Part shown: in pieces, positions 38,601-49,757 of the stretch
Layout of the letters: the number at the start of each line of letters is the position of its first letter
Position numbering within the stretch: the stretch's first letter is position 1
Source of the DNA: Iphione sp. A-MEVVRFRX5
Taxonomy: Eukaryota
DNA: 64,000 nt
Assembly (NCBI GenBank): GCA_976226885.1
Contig: OZ320318.1
Location: forward strand, 81,344,001-81,408,000
Reading direction: 5' to 3'
Made by a program: the position numbers and the translations under genes
The notes under the pieces: generated by a model
The model's database searches: none
What the model was told of the DNA's origin: nothing
What the model saw: the letters and a program-made list of their open reading frames with translations, nothing else

Positions 38601-41600
38601 CAGTTACAGATTTGTAGGGGAAACAACGGAAACATCGTCAGGAAATAACGGGTATATAGACACCCAGCCTTTTCCAATATTTTTGCGATTTGCTCCTCTA
38701 AATTCTAGGTTAATCTCTATTTAACTTTTTATAAAGAACTTGACCCCATATAAGCTGAGATATATATCAGTAGATTAGGTTTTCTCACAAGTGTTACAGC
38801 TTTATACACAGTCATATCATCAGCTGGAGTGGGTCTGCTGGGAACAGAACTCTATTAAAGCAGCAGACCAACGATTTTTTGAGGAGAGCATTTTTGTATG
38901 ACTTACAGATTTTACAAATCTTTTGGGCGTTCTCCCTATTTTTTAAGTTTGAGAATTCATCTTCCCTTCGTATTCCCTTCTCCTGCACAACGGAGGCCAG
39001 TAATTTGGAAATTTACAGCACTGAGCTTCTCATTAAAATAGTTTATAGAGGTGGGCAATTAGGGAATTTACAGCTCTTCAGGTGGAGAACACCCTCCACG
39101 GGCAGGGAAAAGGAGGGTCAGAGTGAGTCTACTCACACAACCAGTGCTTTTACATATGCTGTGAGAGTAGGTTTTAGCTGAGTTGCAAATATTCCTCAAG
39201 GGCGGTCACAGTTGATTAGGTGTTGAACGTGTAAATCATGGTAGGGCAAACTTTGGGTTGATAGTGATGACCTTCATATCAGTGGTAAAAGATTGGGAGG
39301 TAGTTGACAGAACAGAACATGCGCCCCCGAGTTCCCCTAGTAAAAGCAGAAAGCAGCTACGGTTATACAGATGAGACTGTCACACGGGTGGTGTTGCCCA
39401 CCTATAGGGGGAGCCACTGTCATCACACCAAGGTCTGTCGTCCTGTCACTTTGTTACTCGACATTAACACCCGAGTTGCATTTTGTTGTCTTTGTTTTGA
39501 GTTTTCCAACCCACTCACCCCCAATGTCTCCCTATAACCCATCCCCCGTTTCATTCGCTTTGTTGGCAGGTCATCATTCTATCAGGCAGTATTGTTTTAA
39601 ACTGTCATGGTGAAGTTGTTAAAAAAATGTACAAGGTGAAGTGGTATATGAAGGTGTATCTATTGTTATCGTATGGCGGGGCTAGGCGAGAATGAAGTGA
39701 TGCGACCGTGAACCAGTGTTGTAGTTCCACTCATTGAAAATCCCACCAACTTTTTTTTTTTAGTGGACTTGTTGTCATCAGTGGTGACGTGATGAAGCAA
39801 GAGACAGGTAGGGCAATGAGTGGCCTCACCTCTTGTAGAGAGGTGGCTGCTATAGCAGTTCAGGCTAGAAATCCACCACATTTGTTGTCATTACCTCCTT
39901 GTCTTCTGTCGTTCTGTTTTATCCTTTCGGTTTAAACTTTCATTCAAGTTCTTTTTTGTTTTTTTTTTGTATTACCCCTTTTCAATCTTGTTTGTCACTA
40001 TAGGCATTCTTCAATTCTTGAATGCTTAGGTTCTTATTCTCGTGAGCTGCCGTGATAAACTAGTGCATCATCTAGCTGGCTGCAGTGGAAGTACCCCTCG
40101 ATGTATGAACTTGCCCTTGGATCAGAGCACCGTACATTGTGAATAGTGATGATGGCTCTGTCGAGTATAAACATGTCTTCATTGAATGAATCGCATGCCT
40201 TGCTTTTTACTCAAGAAAAGCTTTCAGCTGTTCCGTGTCGTTAGTCCAATTACCCATTGTATGAACCGTCCATGCTTTTAATGTCAACATGGGCTGGAAA
40301 ACACCGTTCAGAGAAACGCGTTTTGTTTGACAGTGCATACGCAGACACACGGACATCTGGCCTTAAACCCCACGTCAGAAGTCATAATACCAAATGCCAG
40401 CATCTCATATGATAAGCCTGTAGTCCAGATAAGATTAACTAAACATTAATTGAAGCAGACTTCATCCGTACCAGCCTTAATATACATGTACATGTATATG
40501 CAATTAAGTCTAAGTTTTATCCTCTGACCAAACCCTAACAGCCGAGGACTGAAGGCAAGGCAGAAGTAAATAAGTCTGCACCAGTCGTTTGAAGTCTTAT
40601 TTAGTCCTTTGACCAAACGCACGTGGTCTTTTTAAGTTACAGGAAGGGTCGTGGAAACCATGTGAAAACTAACTTGACTGCACTGCACAACCTTGTCTAG
40701 CCAAACCTTACACTATAATGAATGTGATAAATTGATGAAATACTGGAGCGACTAAGTAGGCATCGCCATAGTTATACATGTATTTACAAGTATCGAGATG
40801 GGGGTCTCCTGATCCCAGACCTGTGCTGCCATTGTGTGTCTGCTGTGCTGAGGCCTCGGGAAAGCTTGAGCTGTGAATGTTGAACACTGTGATCAGGCTG
40901 GAGTTACGGTCATCTGCTTAGTCGCTGAAGTGGCAGCAGCCAGCCTTTTCAGTGTTATTCAGATAGTGACAAACAGTCATTATTAAGGATCTGAATTCCT
41001 GCTTCTCATTACGTTGAGTGGGAGGGAGTGAATGAGTGTGTGTGTGTGTGCATGCGTGCACGCATACGCAGGTGTGTGTCAGTGAGAGAAATTTCTCGGG
41101 TCATGTTACTCGAGGGTGATATTTTCAGCAGCCTGATTACTTTGTGTTTCATAGCTTGCAAATTTACGAAGGAATAATACCGATTCCTGTGCACGTTGAT
41201 GTTAAGACAAGAGATTGCTATTCGTTAGTTATTATGCATAGCCTCAGTTTGTCAATTAGTCATGCACTTTTATCCGAAGTTGTTGTAGGAAAGGTCATCC
41301 TAAGGTCAATTTACCACCTATTGATAACGCTTTTATTAGAAGAAAACCTCTCATATCCTCTGTTGTTCCCATATCGTATGTGTTGTTTTATTGTCAACTT
41401 CAAGTGTAATTTTTTTTTAAGTGTTCCAGTTTTTGTTTTTGTCTACAAATTGAGCTCAAGCAAATTGTGTATCGTGGTGGTTTAAGTGTTAAGATTTCCT
41501 TGTTAAAAACTACATGAAGTTCTGTTCCAGTTAATCTAATGTTATGCAAGCAGAATTATCCAAGGTGGCTGAAAACCGTATTACATATACCTCAGTCAAA

Positions 41601-41861
41601 TCACCTGGGTTTCTTTACATTATATAATTTCTCTAGGAGATTAAAACGAAGTACATTATTGTGTTATTTCTCCTGTATGGAAATTATTTCTCCATGCTAA
41701 GAAATTATTCTGTCATTTCATGTAAGTAATGTCTGACTTTTCCAGGTTCAACAGCAGTGCCGGGTGATCCTGACAATGATGAGGACAGCGATGATGCCAT
41801 GATCACAGTCGGGGGTCGCCTCGCAATTAACGGACCTTCAGATCCAAGGGTTGTTGCCTAG
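32409..41861 (+). CDS. SPNS1: Spinster homolog (SPNS1-like lysosomal MFS transporter); spliced gene span of 10 visible coding exons, 5' exon not seen
   Basis: Hand-spliced exons join in phase into one ORF. It carries the MFS motif [66 protein letters not shown] and [14 protein letters not shown], all characteristic of the spinster family. All introns are GT-AG. SPNS1 versus SPNS2/3 orthology is not formally tested. Confidence 0.93.
32790..33323 (+). repeat. Four-copy tandem duplication (periods 141, 140, 127 bp) of the SPNS intron 3' end plus the first 66 nt of the TM4 exon
   Basis: Units start at 32790, 32931, 33071 and 33198 (atgtgtcttat...ttcag|caatactggctg...accattg). Acceptor AG|C positions are 32849, 32989, 33130 and 33257. 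Unit 3 has a 14-nt deletion. Confidence 0.95.
33257..33408 (+). CDS. SPNS1: SPNS exon (152 nt, phase 0 to 2): [31 protein letters not shown]...FAIPVG
   Basis: Acceptor ttcag|CAA and donor AG|gtaaga. This is the only copy of the upstream tandem array that continues into the full exon. Confidence 0.93.
33665..33731 (+). CDS. SPNS1: SPNS exon (67 nt): [23 protein letters not shown]
   Basis: ttttcag|C and CGA|gtaagt; phases match the neighbouring exons. Confidence 0.93.
34392..34528 (+). CDS. SPNS1: SPNS exon (137 nt): [28 protein letters not shown]...DLKYLMR
   Basis: ctgcag|GTG and AA|gtaagt; contains the REPPRG motif after TM6. Confidence 0.93.
35082..35210 (+). CDS. SPNS1: SPNS exon (129 nt): [26 protein letters not shown]...KTEN
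   Basis: Polypyrimidine tract with ttccag|T and AC|gtgagt; TM7 sequence matches the family. Confidence 0.93.
35720..35915 (+). CDS. SPNS1: SPNS exon (196 nt): [20 protein letters not shown]...RADPLVCA...IATW
   Basis: tttcag|G and TGG|gtgagt. Confidence 0.94.
36261..36326 (+). CDS. SPNS1: SPNS exon (66 nt): [22 protein letters not shown]
   Basis: ctgcag|ATC and TTG|gtaaga. Confidence 0.94.
36742..36840 (+). CDS. SPNS1: SPNS exon (99 nt): [33 protein letters not shown]
   Basis: tttcag|TAT and CTG|gtacgt. Not in the supplied ORF track; translated by hand. Confidence 0.94.
37208..37385 (+). CDS. SPNS1: SPNS exon (178 nt, ends phase 1): VADTIKSG...[38 protein letters not shown]
   Basis: tacacag|GTT and G|gtacga; encodes TM12. 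Confidence 0.92.
41746..41861 (+). CDS. SPNS1: Probable SPNS terminal coding exon: [38 protein letters not shown]
   Basis: ctgacttttccag|GT acceptor with branch-like CTGAC. The phase-1 join is in frame, and the segment is a GC-richer island encoding an acidic tail; stop TAG at 41859-41861. Weak family conservation here lowers confidence. Confidence 0.7.
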
Positions 41862-44800
41862 ATGAAAGTGTTTGTATCTTCCGTGTGCTGCACAGCATTG
41901 AAGTAGCTTCCAGAAATCATATGAGCGATTGGAGAGAGTAGTAGGTATTTCAAACCAGGAGTCGGGCCTGTTAATTCTCACAAGGGACAAACATAGGGAT
42001 ACCTCTTCAGCAGTGGACTTTGGTCGAGTTTGGCGCAGCTTCATTTATCAAAGTATTTGAAACTGTCATGTGAGCACTGACAGGACTGTCACAATGCAAG
42101 ATTTAATCCTCTGTTATTTATACTCCTAGATGTCTTTGCAAGTTCTCATGTTGGTTAACACACTGGGCTTGTGACTTGTGAACGGTTGTGCTGCAGCATT
42201 TATTTCTGTCTGATGCAAGACAGACTTAGGTTAGAAAATACAAAGGAAGATCAGTAGCAGAGAAAGTCCCTAATGGAATGGATGCCTCATTTGTCTTTGA
42301 GACTTGGAACCATTCCCCTGGTCAGCACTTTCGTCTACAGTAGTCTTTGTATGCCTACGCACTTTTATGACTACATAGAATATAGGACCTCTCAGCTTGG
42401 CTATATTTTGGTAACTCCTGAATGGTGCTTGGGTCAGTTTTATTAAAAAGAATGCTCTGTACACTCTACTTTATATTGCAGCATATGGAGGAGTCCCCAA
42501 GGAGGACTTTTTCTATGGTCTACATGTGTACAATATTGTGTGTTATTGTGTGCTGCCACCAAGTGGTGATAATTGAAAGCAATCTCTTGTGTTGCCACAT
42601 GTTTTTTTTTGTGAGTGTGCTGTCACGTCATTACGTTTGATCGTGTCTGCATCGAACATGTTCCTGTCAGTATTTCAGGAAGACAAAACTCGAATACGCA
42701 GTAGAGCAGTGGTAGGCTAGAGAATAACCCCGACGATAGCACGAGCAAGGCTGGTCATTGTGCATCGAGTGAATCACTTCTTAGGTGAGGTCGTAAAATG
42801 ACTTTGCAAAGGGGAGTCATGTCAAGTCGCACTCTCAGGGAACAAAGTCACCTTTCAGCTGATCCAGGTTGAGTAAACTGGTAGATGGTGGCTTACAAGG
42901 CCAATTTATATAATACCTTTACTGCACAGTCTTAGTTTGAGCTGATGTAAACATTGTCATCCACCTTACTGAGGTCTGTAAAGCAATAGCGAAGAGCAAA
43001 AAACAAGAACTTCTGCTTCCACTTGTATAAGATCCCCCCCCCCACCAAGGCCAGTTTTTTCTCTGATTCCTCTTAGCCCGAATATCCATGTAAACATAGT
43101 TGTCATCTTTATAAGCATTTTCTACCTGTGGATCTGCAAATGCAGTTGTCGGGACAGTGGTAAAAAAATTGTACAACATGGATTCGTAACCAAACAAAAT
43201 GCTCACATGGATATTTAGGCTTACTGCTGTTCAAAAGGACAGTAGAACTCCTGATATATACATGTATGTATATACAATTATATATAGGACTATAGAAATA
43301 TACTTGTGTATATATGTGCACGTAAATGTACTGGTGCAGTGGAAATCTAAAAAGAAAACCGCTTTCCTACTTTAATCAATTTACGCCAAATATTTCCCTC
43401 TTTTTACTTATTCATTTACCATTAGGGGATAGCCACTAATGTGGACTTGACAATTCATTTGACCATCAAACCAGAACAACAAACGGCTGCACCTCAAGAA
43501 GAGCTTTTGTTCACAGGGCTAGTGGATGGTTGACATAATCACTGTACATGTACTGACATGTAAACATGTTTAGTAAGATAGTGTTGGACATTTTTGACTC
43601 AACGAAATTGTCTGAAACCAAAACAAATCACCTTATTTAGGCCCTCTGACATAACACACTTTTGACCCATTTATAGTACACGACGTGTCAGAGCATACGT
43701 GTCAGAATTGCTTTCAGTACATGCACATACAAGCTGCCCTATTAGTAGCTTTCAACAATTTGTACATATGAATATACGTACGTACATATACATGTGTATA
43801 TTTTTATGTATATCTATTATATACAGACTTTCTGTGTTGAATTCCGGCTGAAAATCTACCAAATTTCAAAATTATACTGGACTACTAAGTTAACCGTTCA
43901 TTCACAGGAAAGTGTACAATATGTGTCACGTACAGTTGGTGGACTCCGGGTCTGCGGAGTACAGCAGATACTACACGAATGAGGAAGTATTCTGATAGAG
44001 TGGTAGAGCACAGACAAATTACACTCATACCTCACAACTTGCCCTTCAACCTTTGACATCATTTACAGCTAATGCCTATTTATGTGAATCTATAAAAGGT
44101 CTGTTTCCATGCAGTCAATTTTTGTAATTTAATAACATGCCGTCCACATCCTTGGCGGATTGTTTTTTTTTTGTTTTTTTTTAACCAAGCAGTGGTGAAG
44201 TTGTGTGATATGACTGTACCTCTGATGCAACAAAAAATCCATATGAGGATATTTTTTATCAGCTATCGTGGTTTCTGCATCCGTGAAAAGTTGGCCAACC
44301 AATGCTGTAGAATCTCACAGAAAATTCACTGAGTTAAAAAAAAAAATTGTCCCGATTTACCTTCTAAGCAGAAATTATGTCGGTGTCTGTATAATGCTTT
44401 TCTACGTTTTCAATCTGCTGTAGTTGACAGTCACTTCCAATTTGCTGAACATGACAACTAGGGAAGTAAATGGATCCCCCCCCCCCCTGCTTACCCAGGA
44501 TAGATATCCCCTGCATCTTTCGACAGCTTATTATTAACAGGAGGAAATGAAACTACATTACACTGACCACTGTAAAAGATACACCACAGCTTAACATTAT
44601 CCCTAGATAACTAGCTCCATAGTAGCAGCGCTCTGAATTTATTACATTTATAAATTATCAGAACCTGAGATAGCAAAGTGCGCGTCAAATAAGTACAGCT
44701 ACCGAATGGTAAGTAAGCATCCAAGTCAGACTAAACCCTCAGTACAAGTAATCTGTCTTTTTCCCTTTAAAGTAGGTAAAATTTAAAGAATCTCATTCTC

Positions 44801-46766
44801 TTTATTTGCTGGTATATACGTTCGTTTTAAAGAAAGGATCAGTCTTTAGTTTTTTTACAGAACACAACACCTGCACGAGTTTAAGGAGAACCCTTTCATG
44901 GACAGAACACTTTACTTCTTTTTTTTTAATTGATATGGCTCAGGAAGGATACACGTGTCAACATTGCTTCACTTTTGCTGGATAAAACTTGGTACGCCTT
45001 AAGAGGTTGCCAGTTGTTCATACCAGAATCACATATTTTGACATTTCTGCGTTGAAACTTGCCCACCAAATCGCCACTAGGAAGGATTGTGATGTTTTAT
45101 GTCAGCTGAGACTTGACACTTTACTTGCCATCCAACCAGCTCTAAAGTGGTTCTTTATTTTGCGTCCATAGTTTCTAAAAGATGCTTGTTAAGCATGGCA
45201 GTGCATAAGGCCAGGAATTTTAGTGCTGGTCAGGTGTAATTTTTCAACCTCAGTAGGATCCCTTATCTTTTAAAGGTCGCAACTTGTTCCCCCCATAGTT
45301 ATGTATGGTGTACATGTTCATGGCAACAAATGCACTTCTGACTGAGTGCAGTGTGATGACTTGTGTAGTGTTCTCCATCAAAACATTTTGGAACTCGCTA
45401 AGAAAAGAAACTGACCTGTGATGTACATGTTCGTGGTAACTTTAAGTTGGGTTACCCATCGAAGTTTAAAAAAACTCACTAAAACCAAATTGTTATGTGT
45501 GGTGTACACGTTCATGGCAACAAATGTGCTACTCACTGAGGGTAATGTGAAAAACCTAAAGTTTGTTTGAGCAGTAGGCTCACCGTAAATCATTTAGTTA
45601 CATATGCATATTCATGACTAGGACCAACATCCAATGCGCTGCTCACAACACATCATGTGATGACCTAAGGTTCCAGGCGGAGCCGCGTGCAGGGTTCACT
45701 GTAAATAGCTATTTTTTCAGGCACAGCTAGCACATATTTTTTTCCAACTAGGGAGCACTTAAGTTATTTCCGATTGTTGACAAATTGATGTAAAAAGAAA
45801 TATATTTGTGTGGATACTTTGTACATAGATCGTAATATGTATGCATACAAGTAAATGACTTGTCTGAGTGTGTCATCATATACAGTTCTACAATACACAG
45901 GAACTTGAATTCTTTTGGCATATTTTGGTTGCACTTTCAAGGTTTGATTGCAGATGCAGTGTATTAAGTTGTATTATGAATACATAACCTATCCGAAGTG
46001 GGTTGCTATAACATGTCGTTTAGCCCTTGTTATCGGACCGCATTATTCTTATGTCCAATCCAACCATATGAAATTGTTATGCCATTTATTTATGTGCCTT
46101 TTTGTTTAGTACTATTTAGGGACCACTAACATCTGGTTGTACGATAATTTCACGGAAGTTCAACCCAGACAGTGATATCAACACTTGTGGGTGACCTGCT
46201 TCAGCAAAACCAGTCCCATGTTCACAAACTGTTGCAAGATTTTAAGGTACAATCAAACACTGTATTCCAGACAGAACACAAAAGACGGTATAGCCTTTGA
46301 TCAAGTCCCGGTGTCTGCTGAAATGCAAACTTCTACTGTTTTTTTGAAGGAAGTTGATGTTAGTGTTCTATTGTTGCTTGTTATATTTCTGAAGCTGTCA
46401 GTCAGATAGCTTATCCTTATGTATGGTTTATACTCATTTTCTTTCTGTTTTAAGAAATGTGTTGTTCACAGCCATCCAAATGAATGCAAACAATTCAGGC
46501 CCAGTCGTTTAAGACATCAGAAACGTGTAGAGCAGTAAGTTTAGCCGATACTTTCAGAAAGTAGTGGTAAACATGATTTTTCCTCAGTTTTGTTTTAAAT
46601 ACATAGATTTCTCCATTGTGTCCGTACTGTAATTTCAAAACTGCAATGAGGCTGATTCTGATGAAGCAAGTTATACATATGATGGGGGAAAGGTATACTG
46701 TGAAGTATATTTATATTTGGGTGATACTAATGTATACATTTATCCAGAAGCTTATTGGAACCAGTG

Positions 46767-46934
46767 CAGTCAAATCTCACTCATCTTTATGCATGAGAGT
46801 GAATCGATAAGACCGAACGAATACCCCGCATAAGATAAAGAGGGATTTGTAGGATGGTGGCAACATGTCAGATAAAATCTCGGCTTTGCAATTAATATTT
46901 CCAAGAGTCGAGTTTGGATGAGGAGGTTTGACTG
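46767..46934. mobile_element. Degenerate pogo/Tigger-like MITE
   Basis: Imperfect TIRs CAGTCAAATCTCACTCATC and GATGAGGAGGTTTGACTG followed by TA; left flank is TG. Confidence 0.45.
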
Positions 46935-47447
46935 TAATAGTTCAACAAGTATATTTGACGTGTACAGTCTGAATGTTGGAAATCATGAATAGAAGAATAA
47001 TGTGAGGAAAACTGATCAAACAATGGATATTCTAACAACATCATCATCAAACTTAAGCTTACTGACCCGGGTGTTTCTACAATTAGTTTAAGGTATACTT
47101 TAGCAGGTACCAAGCTAATCCTCTACAGTTCATTGTATTTGTCTTGCCGGTGACATTTTCATGCTATGGTTGTGTCATAGTAGTGGCACACTCTGAATCC
47201 AAAAATATTTCCGAACAAAAACTTCCAATGGTATTAAATCAGTGTTTTCGAATAGAACTATGATGCAGTATCCAGATTACTTGGTTTTTTAAAGAATAAA
47301 ATCAAATGAAGCAGTGATCGTTTGAATATCAAGGCATGACTGTGTATCATCTGTAACCTTCCATGGGAAAATGCAGCATGTGAGCATTCTTGCTGAGTGA
47401 GCATTTGTGAATTTATCACGGTGGTAAAAGGACAGATCAAGCATTTG

Positions 47448-47573
47448 CAGTCATGCCTCACCTTCTGGATTCTATTTCATCTGGATAAGGAGAATTGGGC
47501 AAATAGCACAAAATGATACATCTGTATAACGAGAAAGTCCTGATTTGAGTATCCGGATGAAGAGGTTTGACTG
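47448..47573. mobile_element. Second related pogo/Tigger-like MITE relic
   Basis: CAGTCATGCCTCACCTTCTGGA and TCCGGATGAAGAGGTTTGACTG followed by TA; the right end matches 46916-46936. Confidence 0.42.
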
Positions 47574-49757
47574 TATACTGGAAAAAAGTATTACGTGTAT
47601 AGCCTTTATTGACTGCTAATTCCTCTTAAAAAAACAATTCTGGCATTTAAGTAAACTTGACCTTTAAAGTATTATACATACTTGTATAAGTTCAAGTAAG
47701 CAAAATCGATGCTTTTTTTCAACTTGATGCAAATTTATTCTTGAGTTTGTGATTCTGGCGAGTCTAAATTTGCGTAAAAGAAAACTTTGCTTTGTGATAG
47801 CTCTGTGCACTAAAATGCAAAGTACTAATCAAAAGGTAATTTTTGTCTGCACAGTGTAGTAGCAATCTTAGGTATGTGCTGCTATCTGTTAACAGTGCAT
47901 AGCATTGGAGCTTTACATGATTTCTACAGAGGGGTCTTGCCCGATCTAGCACAGGATAATATGTATGGAAACTTTCTACAGCAATTTTGTTTTGACAGCG
48001 GGACTAATGGGGATATCTTCAGTGTCTGGATCTGTTGGCCTGCGCCTGTGGCTGCAGTTGTATGAAAGCCTGTCTGAACGTAAAACACTGAAGGAGCTTT
48101 GGGGACCTAGGACATCCTAGAAGGAGCAGTGGTGCTCCTAGATGCGGATACCTTATTGCATTAAGCATCATCTGTTGAGCAGATACATATGGGTTTTTAT
48201 CTCCAACCAAGGTCATTACCAGCCATACTGGAGTAGTAGCTGAGTAAGCTTTTGTGACTAGTTGTAATATCTAGCAACCAAAACGATTGACGCACTGCAG
48301 AGCAGCCAAGGATGTCTGCATCTGGGAAGTGTCTTAAGGATCTGGCACCAGTAGTGATGCTGACGTAGTCGGCAGTAGTAAAGAAAAGGGTGTCCTATTT
48401 CTGTGTTGTGACTGGGGATGCCACTGGAGGGGCTCGGGGATGCATCGACTCCTGGTTAGATGTCTCCTTGTTTCCTAACAGTTAAGGCACTACCTGATTG
48501 GTAGACGTCTCCAAGCAACCAAGCCAACTTCTGATATGATGTCTCCCCTGAACCCAAACGTGAACGTATGGCTCGTATCAACTAAACCAGATGCTACTGA
48601 GGTGGCTCATGTATAACAAAACAATTCCCATGGAGGATCATCATGCAAAACGAAGCATTTAAGATAACGAGTGCTTAACTGTATTCAAACTTGTATTTAG
48701 GTGAATAAATAAGGGGAGAATCAGTTCAGATAGAAGGCAGCTTATTTAATCCAACCTCCTTTTTTTTAGTTCTGGTCGAGGCATAAGACTTTGTAAAATG
48801 ACACTTTTTCTGCTAAACGGCTGCTTGTTCCCTAGTGTATTTCTTTGTTGATCACCACAGGGATCTCGTAAAATTGTTCATCCTTGACCTCTTGAAAGCC
48901 GCAGTTTTGTAGCAGCGGTGTGCTTGCCTTCTTTTCCTAGCATTAAACTGATTGTACATTTCTTTATAATGTAATGTGTGAATGTTTTATAATTGTGACC
49001 ATCAAATTGATCTTCTCCATGAAATGTTTCGTTAACAAATGTTAATTTGAAATAAAAAAAATCCCATTTTGATGTGATGAGCTTTGTAAGTATACAAAAG
49101 TGTGAACATGTACTTAGGGTCTTCCTTCCGTCTGTGGCATTGAAGTATATATGCCATTTTGTTGCTTTTGGGAGGTAATGTGTAACAGTAATGTGTTCTC
49201 GTGAACCGAAGGTGTCCCTGAAGTGAAAGGTCAAAATGACAAATTGTATATTGTGCTAGTGTTCCTGTATGTTGTACAGTGTAATTGAAGGACGTAGTTT
49301 TGTCTTTGTTGGTGAGAAGACTTTCCAGAGATATTCCAGTACTATGAATAAATTGATGTGTTGAAGTACTTGTTTTTCTTTATTTTGGATGTTTTTAACA
49401 ATCCCATACTTAATGCATAGTAGATGTTTTCAGTGAAATATATATCGTATTCTAAAGGACGTTACTAATACATTTTATGTGAATATTTATGGAATATATT
49501 CTCGGGAGAAAACCCTTGGCAAAATTTATATCATCGATAAAGCAACCCTAAAGCTGCTCTACACGTATACAGATCACTAATACTACGTACCACTGACTAC
49601 CCAACAATCTCTCTACAGTGATGTCCTAAGAAAATACTCAAGATACAGGAGCTTACGGACAGAGCTTTCAGCAGTTAATCTCAATCCCTAGCTTAAAATG
49701 TTAACATATACAAGCATTTCATTTTACTCATTACTCTATGACCCATCACGCTGTACA

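Noticed and set aside
48101-48140. Short perfect hairpins (CTAGGA-CA-TCCTAG; AGGAGCA-GTGG-TGCTCCT); also AGGGATT-AATTA-AATCCCT at ~59531
   Set aside because: Stems of 6-7 bp are too short for a miRNA precursor and are expected by chance. No SECIS core.
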